This document shows positions 56,279 to 64,000 of a stretch of DNA of 64,000 nt, piece by piece. Positions within the stretch are counted from its first letter, which is position 1, and each line of letters opens with the position of its first letter. Both the position numbers and the translations under genes were made by a program. Origin of the DNA: Patescibacteria group bacterium (GTDB lineage Bacteria > Patescibacteriota > Patescibacteriia > UBA10025 > JAHIVO01); NCBI GenBank assembly GCA_028718605.1, contig JAQULM010000002.1, positions 65,776 to 129,775 on the forward strand, in the 5' to 3' direction. The notes beneath the pieces are model-generated. The model saw nothing but the letters and a program-made list of their open reading frames with translations. It did no database searches and was not told the origin of the DNA.

Positions 56279-57622
56279 TTAACTCTTTTGTTCAAGTCCT
56301 TTTATTAATACCTGAACTAATAATTGAGCAATTAATGGATGTTTAATTATTTTTTCATGGATCCAAGTGGACATTTCTTTTAATCTTCCCAAAATACTCT
56401 TAACATCCCTTGGCGATGGAGTTGGTTTATTCAGCTCCAACTTTAATAACTTGATTTCCCTAAGTAAAGTAGTCTTTTCAATATCCCCGAAGTCGGGTTT
56501 ATTTAAAATATCATTTTCGATTTCTGTAAATACAACATTGACGTTACTATTGATAAAACTATTTTGATTCCCAACGACCGTCATGCCAACATTACCTGCA
56601 ACATTTGTTGTATTATAAATTACGGTTGATGGTATCAGGGAGTCAAATCTTTCTGGATCCTCAATGATATCAACCCCGGTTTTACTAATTTGAGCCGCCG
56701 TGTAGCCTGACATATCTTCTGATACATTAGTTAAGTACCCGCCCTCATTCAAATATTTAATATTTCTATCAATTGCTTCGGGTGGAACATTGTCCACTTG
56801 TGCATTTATTTCTTCTTTTAACAATAAACCATGGGGATCTTTCTGCCATCTTTTATAGGCTAGTTGCAAAATTTTCCTTCTTATTCCTTTATCTGTCATA
56901 TAAAATTGTTCTTGATTTAATTTCTCTCTAGTCTTTTCGGGGGTCGGTTCGACCTGTGAGGATGTAAATATATATATATAACCATCCGACTTATTCCCCT
57001 TGGTGATTTCGAGTTTTATTTTTTCTAGCGCCAAACTAACCATTTCATCTATCAATTCATTTGGCTTATCATATTTCATCCAGCTTGCGATGAGCGTACC
57101 GGATACACCAATTGTAAATCCAAATTGTACCTCGTTATCTTCCACGTTAGTAATAAAATAGTATAAATCTATATGATCACCCACCTTTGGTGAAGGAAAA
57201 ACTTGGATTTTATACCTCGTACCCTGCACATTAATTTCTTTTTCATCGATTAGAGTATCAATTTGATCCCTCTGGAAAAACTTTAAACCATTAAAGTAAC
57301 CAGTAATGGACGTTGCATAAATATCATACTGATCCGATTTATTAAATACTAAATCACCAAGCTTTTGCCATTTTTGAGACACCTCTAATTTCCATTTATC
57401 GAGTAATTCCGTTGTAATCTCGTTCGTTCGAAAATAATCCCATAGATATTCCGCCGACGCTAGAACATATATTGTTGACTTTTTCTTACCATCGTCGGTC
57501 TCACAAGCTATTGTAAACCAAAAAACATCTCTCATGAATTCCTCTTTGATACTTGTTGCATGCATTTTCATCCTGATGGCAATATATTGATTATTTTTCC
57601 GTGTGACGAGTGACCACTTCAC
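56279..57622 (-). CDS. Orphan 447-aa hypothetical protein in a strongly AT-rich (~33% GC) island
   Basis: Long ORF with coding-like composition but much lower GC than all flanking genes. No recognisable motifs. The start is uncertain (several Met in the first 20 aa). Confidence 0.5.
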   Translation of the reverse strand: MKWSLVTRKNNQYIAIRMKMHATSIKEEFMRDVFWFTIACETDDGKKKSTIYVLASAEYLWDYFRTNEITTELLDKWKLEVSQKWQKLGDLVFNKSDQYDIYATSITGYFNGLKFFQRDQIDTLIDEKEINVQGTRYKIQVFPSPKVGDHIDLYYFITNVEDNEVQFGFTIGVSGTLIASWMKYDKPNELIDEMVSLALEKIKLEITKGNKSDGYIYIFTSSQVEPTPEKTREKLNQEQFYMTDKGIRRKILQLAYKRWQKDPHGLLLKEEINAQVDNVPPEAIDRNIKYLNEGGYLTNVSEDMSGYTAAQISKTGVDIIEDPERFDSLIPSTVIYNTTNVAGNVGMTVVGNQNSFINSNVNVVFTEIENDILNKPDFGDIEKTTLLREIKLLKLELNKPTPSPRDVKSILGRLKEMSTWIHEKIIKHPLIAQLLVQVLIKGLEQKS

Positions 57623-57626
57623 AAAC

Positions 57627-58100
57627 TCATCTCTCGATCCCCCTTATAAAATCCACAATCGGCTGGATGTCGGATTTATCAACTTCAGCCGGAGCGCTGG
57701 CCTGGGTGGATTTGGCGATCATTTTTTGCCAGAAGTTCAGCTTGTCCACGTCCACCTTGCCGGGAATTTTGACGTAACCGGCAAGGCCGTTGCGCACCTC
57801 TTCCGCAATCATCTCATACGATTGCTTGCCCTGTTCGGAATTAGCCGGGACCAGGCCGACGGCAAACAGGTACACTTTCTTGCCCTTCAAGCCATGCCAG
57901 TTTTCCTCGAGCCAATTTTTCGCCGCGATCCTGCCCATGTACGTGCGGGAGCCGACGACGACCATGCCGTAATCGTGCAGTGTGTCCGCGCCGTACTCGT
58001 CGAGATTGCCGATCTCGGTGCCAGCGACTGCCTCGTGGATCCACTCAGCGTACTGCTTGGTGGTGCCCCACTGGGTTTTGTACAGAATGATAGTTTTCAT
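57627..58100 (-). CDS. Flavodoxin-like fold protein
   Basis: MKTIILYKTQWGTTKQYAEWI is the flavodoxin FMN-phosphate-binding loop T/SxTGxT pattern; ~158 aa. Start taken at the internal MKTII. Confidence 0.6.
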   Translation of the reverse strand: MKTIILYKTQWGTTKQYAEWIHEAVAGTEIGNLDEYGADTLHDYGMVVVGSRTYMGRIAAKNWLEENWHGLKGKKVYLFAVGLVPANSEQGKQSYEMIAEEVRNGLAGYVKIPGKVDVDKLNFWQKMIAKSTQASAPAEVDKSDIQPIVDFIRGIER

Positions 58101-58175
58101 AATCCCCTCCATGAAATTAATATCCAAATTCTAATAACCAATTCCCAATAAATTTCCAAATCCCAATTTCCAGAG

Positions 58176-58559
58176 TTACGGTTGCATGGGCGGCTGGGAC
58201 GCCGACTTTACTGCAGGAGGTTGGCCCTGTTTTACGTACTTATAATAATGCACTATATACAGCGCGCCGATAATGGCAAAAGGAAGTGCGATGGCTAAAA
58301 TCCCCACCAGTTCAAACTTGGCGATGAATACAAATACGGCGCTGAATGCGATAAACAGCCAGCCGCCGATGAGCTCCCGTTTCCACGCGACAATGATTAA
58401 AATGATCCCTGCAATCGACGGCAGGAGGTGCATGAAGAGCGCGAGCGCCGTTTCCCAGGCGGTTTGGCCCTCCTCGAACACGTCAAACGCGAACAGGGAG
58501 ATAAAGCATACCATAATAATGCCCAGAAACCGCGGTGCCCAATAGAGAAATTTTTTCAT
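58176..58559 (-). CDS. Hypothetical 4-TM membrane protein
   Basis: 127 aa, four hydrophobic helices; overlaps the upstream gene by 4 nt (operon). Confidence 0.4.
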   Translation of the reverse strand: MKKFLYWAPRFLGIIMVCFISLFAFDVFEEGQTAWETALALFMHLLPSIAGIILIIVAWKRELIGGWLFIAFSAVFVFIAKFELVGILAIALPFAIIGALYIVHYYKYVKQGQPPAVKSASQPPMQP

Positions 58560-59068
58560 AGCCGTGCGTTCATTAATGCTTGTAAAAATTCGTCGGTCTT
58601 CTTGCTGCCGATGAGGATCCGGCGGCCATTGGCCAATTCGAACTGCACCCCGCGAGTTTCATCAAAATACACGTACGCCATAACCCACGTCGAGCCTTTT
58701 CGCAAACCATACCGGATGCCCCAGCCCCAGAAGTCGCGCATGGCATTGAATTCGCGGGGGTAATATTTTTCAACCTGGTCCCAAGCGAACGTAGTTTTCC
58801 AGAACGGCACGTACGATGAGGAAATATTTTTTCCGTCAAACGTGATGACCTGCTTCCCTGCCCAGAACAGCCAGGGCAAGCCGATGCCGCACGCGAGGAA
58901 AATCAACCATACGCCAAAGTCAGGCGCTGGGTTATTGCCGAAGGGCTTGCCGAAAATGATCTGCTGGACAAAGCTCCACGCGGAAAACACAACCAAGGGA
59001 CCGATGATCAGGTACATCCACCAGGGTTTCGCGTCTTGGACTTCATGATACAGATATGGAGTGGACAT
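58556..59068 (-). CDS. Hypothetical membrane protein (2 N-terminal TM plus a soluble beta-rich domain, possibly bacterial PH-like)
   Basis: WWMYLIIGPLVVFSAW...GVWLIFLACGIGLPWLFWAG followed by a ~100-aa soluble domain. Confidence 0.4.
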   Translation of the reverse strand: MSTPYLYHEVQDAKPWWMYLIIGPLVVFSAWSFVQQIIFGKPFGNNPAPDFGVWLIFLACGIGLPWLFWAGKQVITFDGKNISSSYVPFWKTTFAWDQVEKYYPREFNAMRDFWGWGIRYGLRKGSTWVMAYVYFDETRGVQFELANGRRILIGSKKTDEFLQALMNARL

Positions 59069-59493
59069 ATGCCTCTATCGTATACCTTTTGGGGGGGATG
59101 TTCAAATATTACCCACCCGCACCTTGACAAATAAAAAAATTTGGCATATACTTCTCTGAAAACAAACTACCGAAAATTGCGGAGGTATAACCACATGATG
59201 AAGAATCGACGCCTGTGGAGGCAACTCTGGCGGGCCAGAAAATTGGGATTGCCACGGCCGACGTTTGAAATGTCGCCCGAAGACGCCCAGTCAGGGGACC
59301 GCAGACAGTATGACTTTTGGAACTTCTGCATCAGAAACAGTGATGTAGTCCAACTTCCCACACCGGAGCCTATCTCAATGAGATAGGCTTCTTTTATCCA
59401 CAACGCTGAAGGATTATCCGGGCTGTTTGCTCGCGATGGAGAGAAATCAACGGATAGTGTTTATGTTTTTGGACTTCGTGGTAGGAGTAAGCG

Positions 59494-59964
59494 TCAGCCA
59501 TCTTTTTTGTCATAAAACTCTACTCGGCCGCCGAAGTGCTCAATCGCCTCTTTCACCGTGGCAAACGACTCTACCGCCGCCGGCTTCGTCGGGCGGTCAG
59601 TTTGGTATGTATGGCCAGTGCCTTCGCCGGACGTGAGCGTAAAATTCCCGCCTGGCATCGTGTAGACATGGACGGGAACATTCAGGCGTTCCTGCTGGTC
59701 AACGGGTACGCGGAAAAGGACGCCGTCTTTTTCAACGGACAGTTCAAACCCTTCATTGCTTCCCCACAGGAATGCGTGCGCGGCGGAAAAAGCGGGGTTA
59801 TCCGAAGCATAGATTAATTTTGGCTGGGTTTCCGGGTCAGCACCGCCGGGAATGGACCGCCGGCGCGGTTCAAATTCTTCAACCGCAGTCGCGGTCGTAC
59901 CGTGATACAGCGTACTCGGTACTGGCTCTTTCTCTGGATTGTGCTCTTGTTCGTACTCCGACAT
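59494..59964 (-). CDS. Arr-family mono-ADP-ribosyltransferase-like protein (rifamycin ADP-ribosyltransferase homolog)
   Basis: STLYHGTTATAVEEF (NAD-binding YHGT near the N-terminus), LIYASDNPAFSAAHAFLWGSNEG and VHVYTMPGGNFT are colinear with recalled mycobacterial Arr (FYHGTKANL, IYFSAL..PAVWGAE, YIYIVEPTGPF). The ~150-aa size also matches. Confidence 0.5.
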   Translation of the reverse strand: MSEYEQEHNPEKEPVPSTLYHGTTATAVEEFEPRRRSIPGGADPETQPKLIYASDNPAFSAAHAFLWGSNEGFELSVEKDGVLFRVPVDQQERLNVPVHVYTMPGGNFTLTSGEGTGHTYQTDRPTKPAAVESFATVKEAIEHFGGRVEFYDKKDG

Positions 59965-59989
59965 GGGACCTTGTTGATTAAAAAATATT

Positions 59990-60460
59990 CTACAACCAGT
60001 TTTTATCCTGGTATTTTTCCTCTGCTGCTACGATATTAATTTGTTTCCGTATTTCAGCGATGTCCGTCTCGTTCAATGGCTTGAACGCATCATAGAATCC
60101 CGTTGACCGGTCCGGCAAATACACTGCCTCTCGGAACGGCTGGTGCACGGCGTTTTTCGCGCGGCCGTAGATGTGCAGGTGGAACACAGGCTGTTTGCCG
60201 GATTTGTACGCCCAGTTGCCCATGTCGTGGTAATTTATCCGCATGATTTCCAGTCCCCTATTTTTCATCGCCTGTTCAAACGCCTTGCCGACGATCATAG
60301 TGAGGCGGATGAATTCAATCGCCATTGCCGGTGACATTTCCGTGCGGTTGGAAATTTTTTGCTTCGGGAATATCTTGATATGCCCGCCTTCTTCTCGCGA
60401 GACATGTGGCTTATCAAACGCCTCGACGACGAATGACTTTGTTTCAAAAATTGTTGCCAT
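59990..60460 (-). CDS. HIT-family (histidine triad) nucleotide hydrolase/transferase-like protein
   Basis: Histidine triad VFHLHIYGR (HxHxHxx) near residue 100; ~156 aa. Confidence 0.6.
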   Translation of the reverse strand: MATIFETKSFVVEAFDKPHVSREEGGHIKIFPKQKISNRTEMSPAMAIEFIRLTMIVGKAFEQAMKNRGLEIMRINYHDMGNWAYKSGKQPVFHLHIYGRAKNAVHQPFREAVYLPDRSTGFYDAFKPLNETDIAEIRKQINIVAAEEKYQDKNWL

Positions 60461-60464
60461 CGAA

Positions 60465-60962
60465 TTACGAATTTAAAAAATCATCGACGTCACGCATCGT
60501 CTGTTCAATGGGCCTGTCGGTATTGATCATTTTGTGTGGGATTCGTATCGGCTGCCACCGAGCTTTCACTTCACGATACAATATAGGCGTACGGTCAGTT
60601 GCGATATGGTCTGTAATGGCTTTGATGCGTGCGATCGCCACGTCTTCAGGGCAATCGCAGTAAATCATTTTAAGGCGGACTTTTGCCCTGTTTGCAACAA
60701 ACGCTGCGCTCTTCACCGCCCATTCTTGGCTGAACGACGGGCAATCGAGGGCGACTTTCTCGCCTTTTTGGAGATAGTACAGGGCTACCATCAACATAAC
60801 TTTGAACGCGGTATCTTTTTGCTCGCGTGAGCTGAAATCAGCCGGCTTAAATAATTTTAAAATAAACTCGTCCCGATGCAAGCCACGGAAGCCCTGCTTT
60901 TCAAGCTGTTCACATACGGTTGTTTTTCCTGATGCCGGTAACCCGGCGATTGCCACTAACAT
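60465..60962 (-). CDS. P-loop kinase (AAA_33/polynucleotide-kinase/zeta-toxin-like fold)
   Basis: MLVAIAGLPASGKTTV Walker A at the extreme N-terminus, small size (165 aa), Asp-containing Walker B region (VALDCP). Confidence 0.6.
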   Translation of the reverse strand: MLVAIAGLPASGKTTVCEQLEKQGFRGLHRDEFILKLFKPADFSSREQKDTAFKVMLMVALYYLQKGEKVALDCPSFSQEWAVKSAAFVANRAKVRLKMIYCDCPEDVAIARIKAITDHIATDRTPILYREVKARWQPIRIPHKMINTDRPIEQTMRDVDDFLNS

Positions 60963-60983
60963 ACCTGCTAATAATTCAATTAG

Positions 60984-61562
60984 TTATGAGGCTAAAAGCT
61001 TCCTAACCGCTTTTGAAACATCCGGATAGTCCTTGATAACAAATCCCGAGAACTGTTTCTGCTCAAGCTCGTTGAGCCGGCCGATCTTTTCCATGGGCCA
61101 CCATTCAAGGCTGGTCGCTTTACCGTGCTCGAATTGCACCGTATCAACGCCGTCTTTGAAACGGTACGCGAACAGCACGCGCATGGCCTTGTTCAGCATA
61201 CCATTCGGCTGTGGCCCGCTGAAGCGTTTATTCTGCGCGATGCGGACCAGTTCCTCAGGACGTGCGCGGATGCCGGTCTCTTCCGCCAATTCTTTCAGCG
61301 CCGCTTGTTCGTACGTCTCGCCAATGCCGACATGCCCGCCGGCAGAGGTATCCAACAGGTTGGGGGCGATGTCTTTATCAGGCGCGCGCCGCTGCAAGAG
61401 CAGCTCGCCGGCGCCATTATAAATCCAGATGCCGACTTCCCGGTGCCACAGCCCCCGCGTGTGGATGGCCGTGCGCGTTTCCTGGCCGATCACACGGTCG
61501 TTTTCGTCGACGACGTTCAGTTTTTCTTCAGGAGCGTGCGGCATAATCATACTTCCTCCCAT
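60984..61562 (-). CDS. NUDIX hydrolase
   Basis: Nudix box GGHVGIGETYEQAALKELAEETGI; 192 aa. Confidence 0.8.
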   Translation of the reverse strand: MGGSMIMPHAPEEKLNVVDENDRVIGQETRTAIHTRGLWHREVGIWIYNGAGELLLQRRAPDKDIAPNLLDTSAGGHVGIGETYEQAALKELAEETGIRARPEELVRIAQNKRFSGPQPNGMLNKAMRVLFAYRFKDGVDTVQFEHGKATSLEWWPMEKIGRLNELEQKQFSGFVIKDYPDVSKAVRKLLAS

Positions 61563-62116
61563 TTCACCTCATCCGGAAACATGAGCTGGAACGGATAGCC
61601 GAGGTAGTTGCGTTCAATTTTTCTGCAGCCGAGGCTCTTCAGAAACTCCACCATCCTGTCCGTCTCCTCTTTCGGATCCGGATGTTCTGAGCCTTTGTAC
61701 TCAATTTCTACGAAATCGCCCAGTCCCGCAATCTGGTCAACGGACACTTCCCAGTTTTTATACAGCCAAGCTTTCCGCACTTTATCCACGGTCACAATTT
61801 TCCGATATCGGAGTGCGGTAAATATATTGCGGATTTGTTCGATGCCCAGAAGCTGCGTTTCGTATTCATCACAGTAGTTGCTTGTGCCGTCGGTATCGTA
61901 GTGCCAATTTTTGTAATTGAGCGAATACACACCTTCGGCATCCCGCAACCGCAGCCATTCCTTCACCGGCCGTACGCTGGTAAAGTCGCGGTGTGGCGGG
62001 GTGTAGTATTCATCAATCTGCTGCCTCTCGAACCGGAACTTTCCGCCGGCTTCAAGCGCCTTGATGAGGGAATCGGCGGTCGCGAGCCGCACCTGGATTT
62101 CGATTTCTTTGGGCAT
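61547..62116 (-). CDS. CYTH-domain protein (triphosphate tunnel metalloenzyme)
   Basis: Starts MPKEIEIQVRL (ExExK-type opening strand), conserved acidic/basic residues at CYTH beta-strand positions (RLRDAEG, VEIEYKG); 189 aa. Confidence 0.6.
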   Translation of the reverse strand: MPKEIEIQVRLATADSLIKALEAGGKFRFERQQIDEYYTPPHRDFTSVRPVKEWLRLRDAEGVYSLNYKNWHYDTDGTSNYCDEYETQLLGIEQIRNIFTALRYRKIVTVDKVRKAWLYKNWEVSVDQIAGLGDFVEIEYKGSEHPDPKEETDRMVEFLKSLGCRKIERNYLGYPFQLMFPDEVKWEEV

Positions 62117-62131
62117 AGTAATTCACAGCTC

Positions 62132-63370
62132 CTATTGCACACTTTCAATAATTTCCTGGTACGCTTGCATGCTCCGATCCATGGAACCCTCTGCTGGTTC
62201 CTGTTTTTCGCTCATATCCGTACGCGTATCCGCAAAATCGTAGCGGGTAAAGAAGATTTTCTGCGCACCGGCCGCGATCGCATTATCGACGCTCGTTTGG
62301 GTTTGTTCGGCGTTCTGGTCGAATCCCTGCCGGCCCATTTGCTCAGCCTCGGTTACCCAGATCGGCTTATTAATGCCTAATTCATCCAGGAGCGCCTTAT
62401 AATCGCCAACGTTAAAGTCCAGCGTGTTCTTGTCATTCGAAATGCAGTGGATATTGGCGATATCGAAATACCCTTTTGCTTCCGGCATGGCATTGAACAC
62501 CGCGCGGTAAAAGCCGAGGAACGTATCATCGGCGCCGGCCGCGCCGGCGATCAGGACGGACGCGCTGCTGTCAGCCAGCTTTACTGCCTGGTACGTGCGC
62601 TTCAGGAGTTCCGCGTATTCTGCCGGGCCCTGCGCATAAAAATCCAGGGACCCGTCCCCGAGCAAATCAGGCTCGTTCATGACTTCCCAATATTTGATCG
62701 GGTACCGCAAATCATTCATGTCGAATTCGCCGTCACCGTCGTATCGGTCAACGACAGCGGTGACAAACTGTTCATACGCGACCCAGTCATTCGGATTGCA
62801 TCGGTGAAGCGGCAGGTATGACGGCCTCCCTTTTTTATTGTTATCAGGCAAGAATTCATCGTTGGCGGACACCGCGCAATCTGCCACATCCTCACGGTTT
62901 GCCTGGTCCCATTCGGCAAATGGCCATAGGGTAATAACCAAATTCAGGCCGTACAATTCGGCAAGCCTCACCAACCCGTCCATCTTGGCAAAATCATACT
63001 CCGCCGGTTCTCCTCCCTGGATCATGTCCCACACGGCCGGGCCCGGATGCGGCCGCATCCACCCACCGCCTGATTGCCTGATGAAACCCATATCCGTGCC
63101 GTCCTCGCCAGCCCCCAGCCATCCAAACGCATTCTCGAGAGGAACCTGCGAAAAATTCTCGCTCGGTTTTACCACCCCCTTGTTCGTTGTTCCGCCCGAA
63201 CCAGGGCATGCGGTCGTCGGCTTTGCTGCCGACGGGTTGCCGTGCTTGACCCATGCGCCTTTTTCGCATATCCACGTGTCTTCATCCCCGCCGGCTACGA
63301 AACGGAGATATCCGACAACGGCGATTGCCGCGATGATAACCGCGATTACGATGTAGATTGTTTTTTTCAT
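62132..63370 (-). CDS. Secreted clan GH-A glycoside hydrolase (GH5-like)
   Basis: N-terminal signal/anchor (MKKTIYIVIAVIIAAIAVVGYL), acid/base motif YWEVMNEPD and nucleophile region IWVTEAE. Confidence 0.6.
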   Translation of the reverse strand: MKKTIYIVIAVIIAAIAVVGYLRFVAGGDEDTWICEKGAWVKHGNPSAAKPTTACPGSGGTTNKGVVKPSENFSQVPLENAFGWLGAGEDGTDMGFIRQSGGGWMRPHPGPAVWDMIQGGEPAEYDFAKMDGLVRLAELYGLNLVITLWPFAEWDQANREDVADCAVSANDEFLPDNNKKGRPSYLPLHRCNPNDWVAYEQFVTAVVDRYDGDGEFDMNDLRYPIKYWEVMNEPDLLGDGSLDFYAQGPAEYAELLKRTYQAVKLADSSASVLIAGAAGADDTFLGFYRAVFNAMPEAKGYFDIANIHCISNDKNTLDFNVGDYKALLDELGINKPIWVTEAEQMGRQGFDQNAEQTQTSVDNAIAAGAQKIFFTRYDFADTRTDMSEKQEPAEGSMDRSMQAYQEIIESVQ

Positions 63371-63383
63371 ACTATTCTTCGTT

Positions 63384-63611
63384 TTAATATTTTTTGAAAA
63401 GTTTTTTTACCTCTTGCTTGAGCGGCGTGCGCCAGTCATCCAGCAATTGGGATTTGAAAAAGCGAACCAGGCGCTTGTCCTGTTTTGACAGGCGCATTGT
63501 TTCCAGGCGCTTGCAGGTAACCAAAATCTCCTCATCCTGCCTGGTTTTCAGGACGTACTGCTTCCGGTCGTGTTTGGTAATGACTGGCTGTTCCATACGG
63601 TTATATTTCAC
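63384..63611 (-). CDS. Small basic hypothetical protein (75 aa)
   Basis: ORF in tight spacing with neighbours; Lys/Arg-rich; no family recognised. Confidence 0.3.
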   Translation of the reverse strand: MKYNRMEQPVITKHDRKQYVLKTRQDEEILVTCKRLETMRLSKQDKRLVRFFKSQLLDDWRTPLKQEVKKLFKKY

Positions 63612-63738
63612 ATATTACGCCCGAAAAGGCCGAATAACAAGGCAACCCATGGATAAAATTTATCAAGTAATCAAAAAGCACCGCGCAAGGGTATGCGCGG
63701 TGCGAATGGTTACCGGAATACGTCCGGCTCCCTACGAC

Positions 63739-64000
63739 CTACCAGCCGTATAGTGAACGACGACGTGGATACTCCATTTCAGCAATGGCAATCCGCCGCG
63801 TTCTCTGTTCAGCAATGATTCGGTTGACTTCCTGCGCCTTACGAGTGATCAGTTCCTGGACACTGATGCCTAGTCTGTCAGCCTCCTGTTGCATTCGTAT
63901 GCGTTTCTCCTCGCGAACGCGCTTCTTACGCGCTTGTGCCCTCACCATGTTCGGTGTGTTCCCAGCGCGGAGCGGAATGAATCTCATTGCCACCTCCATA
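63739..64000 (-). CDS. Hypothetical Arg/Glu-rich helical protein, 5' end beyond the window
   Basis: An 86-aa ORF fragment running off the window edge; its coiled-coil-like composition is nearly as expected for a non-coding reverse frame, so it is weak. Confidence 0.2.
   Translation of the reverse strand, partial: MEVAMRFIPLRAGNTPNMVRAQARKKRVREEKRIRMQQEADRLGISVQELITRKAQEVNRIIAEQRTRRIAIAEMEYPRRRSLYGW

Noticed and set aside
59494-59964. Tpt1/KptA RNA 2'-phosphotransferase or 2H phosphoesterase assignment for the LYHGT protein (which would make the operon an RNA repair system)
   Set aside because: In KptA the YHGT motif sits in the C-terminal half after an RNA-binding domain that is absent here. 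The two HxTx motifs of 2H enzymes are not present. Motif order and size fit Arr-family ADP-ribosyltransferases better. The RNA-repair idea is kept only as an alternative in the operon finding.

Overview
This 64-kb window looks like a compact, gene-dense bacterial chromosome segment of roughly 50-55% GC. Its short genes, CCA-encoding tRNAs, AMP phosphorylase and O-antigen-ligase/TPR protein would fit a small-genome lineage such as CPR/Patescibacteria, but I cannot confirm that from sequence alone. The first ~17 kb is housekeeping: a 5'-truncated der/engA, pth, pilT, pilM, mfd, dprA-topA, an SDR-type threonine dehydrogenase, an O-antigen-ligase/TPR membrane protein and parB-parA. Next is a tRNA cluster (Leu-CAA, initiator Met, and Met/Ile2-CAT). 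A small GIY-YIG nuclease gene sits directly on the 5' side of tRNA-Leu and is preceded by a 33-nt exact duplicate of the tRNA 5' half. From ~18.6 to 28.2 kb a long minus-strand iron/redox locus follows: lgt, two DsbA-like genes, ferredoxin, ferritin, SOD, sufU-sufS-(ferritin-like)-sufD-sufB-sufC, and a Fur-family regulator driven by a textbook TTGACA-17-TATAAT promoter. After that come an M32 carboxypeptidase, an archaeal-type AMP phosphorylase, corA, a ZIP transporter, and a CarH/LitR-like B12-dependent MerR regulator. Two paralogous secreted proteins (a GH clan-A hydrolase and a phosphodiester glycosidase) share a ~330-aa FG-GAP propeller, with a decayed third copy between them. Then a membrane-anchored radical-SAM/SPASM enzyme, tRNA-Asn with a partial duplicate, DedA, a thioredoxin-CcdA fusion, and two MacB/FtsX-type ABC modules. 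The last ~14 kb is accessory-like: DUF and small membrane proteins, a second GIY-YIG gene abutting a purH gene relic, a strongly AT-rich orphan 447-aa gene, and a tight five-gene operon (CYTH-Nudix-P-loop kinase-HIT-Arr-like ADP-ribosyltransferase). No CRISPR array, rRNA or obvious transposase is present. Coordinates come from the supplied ORF track plus manual reading; alternative start codons are noted where the sequence argues for them.
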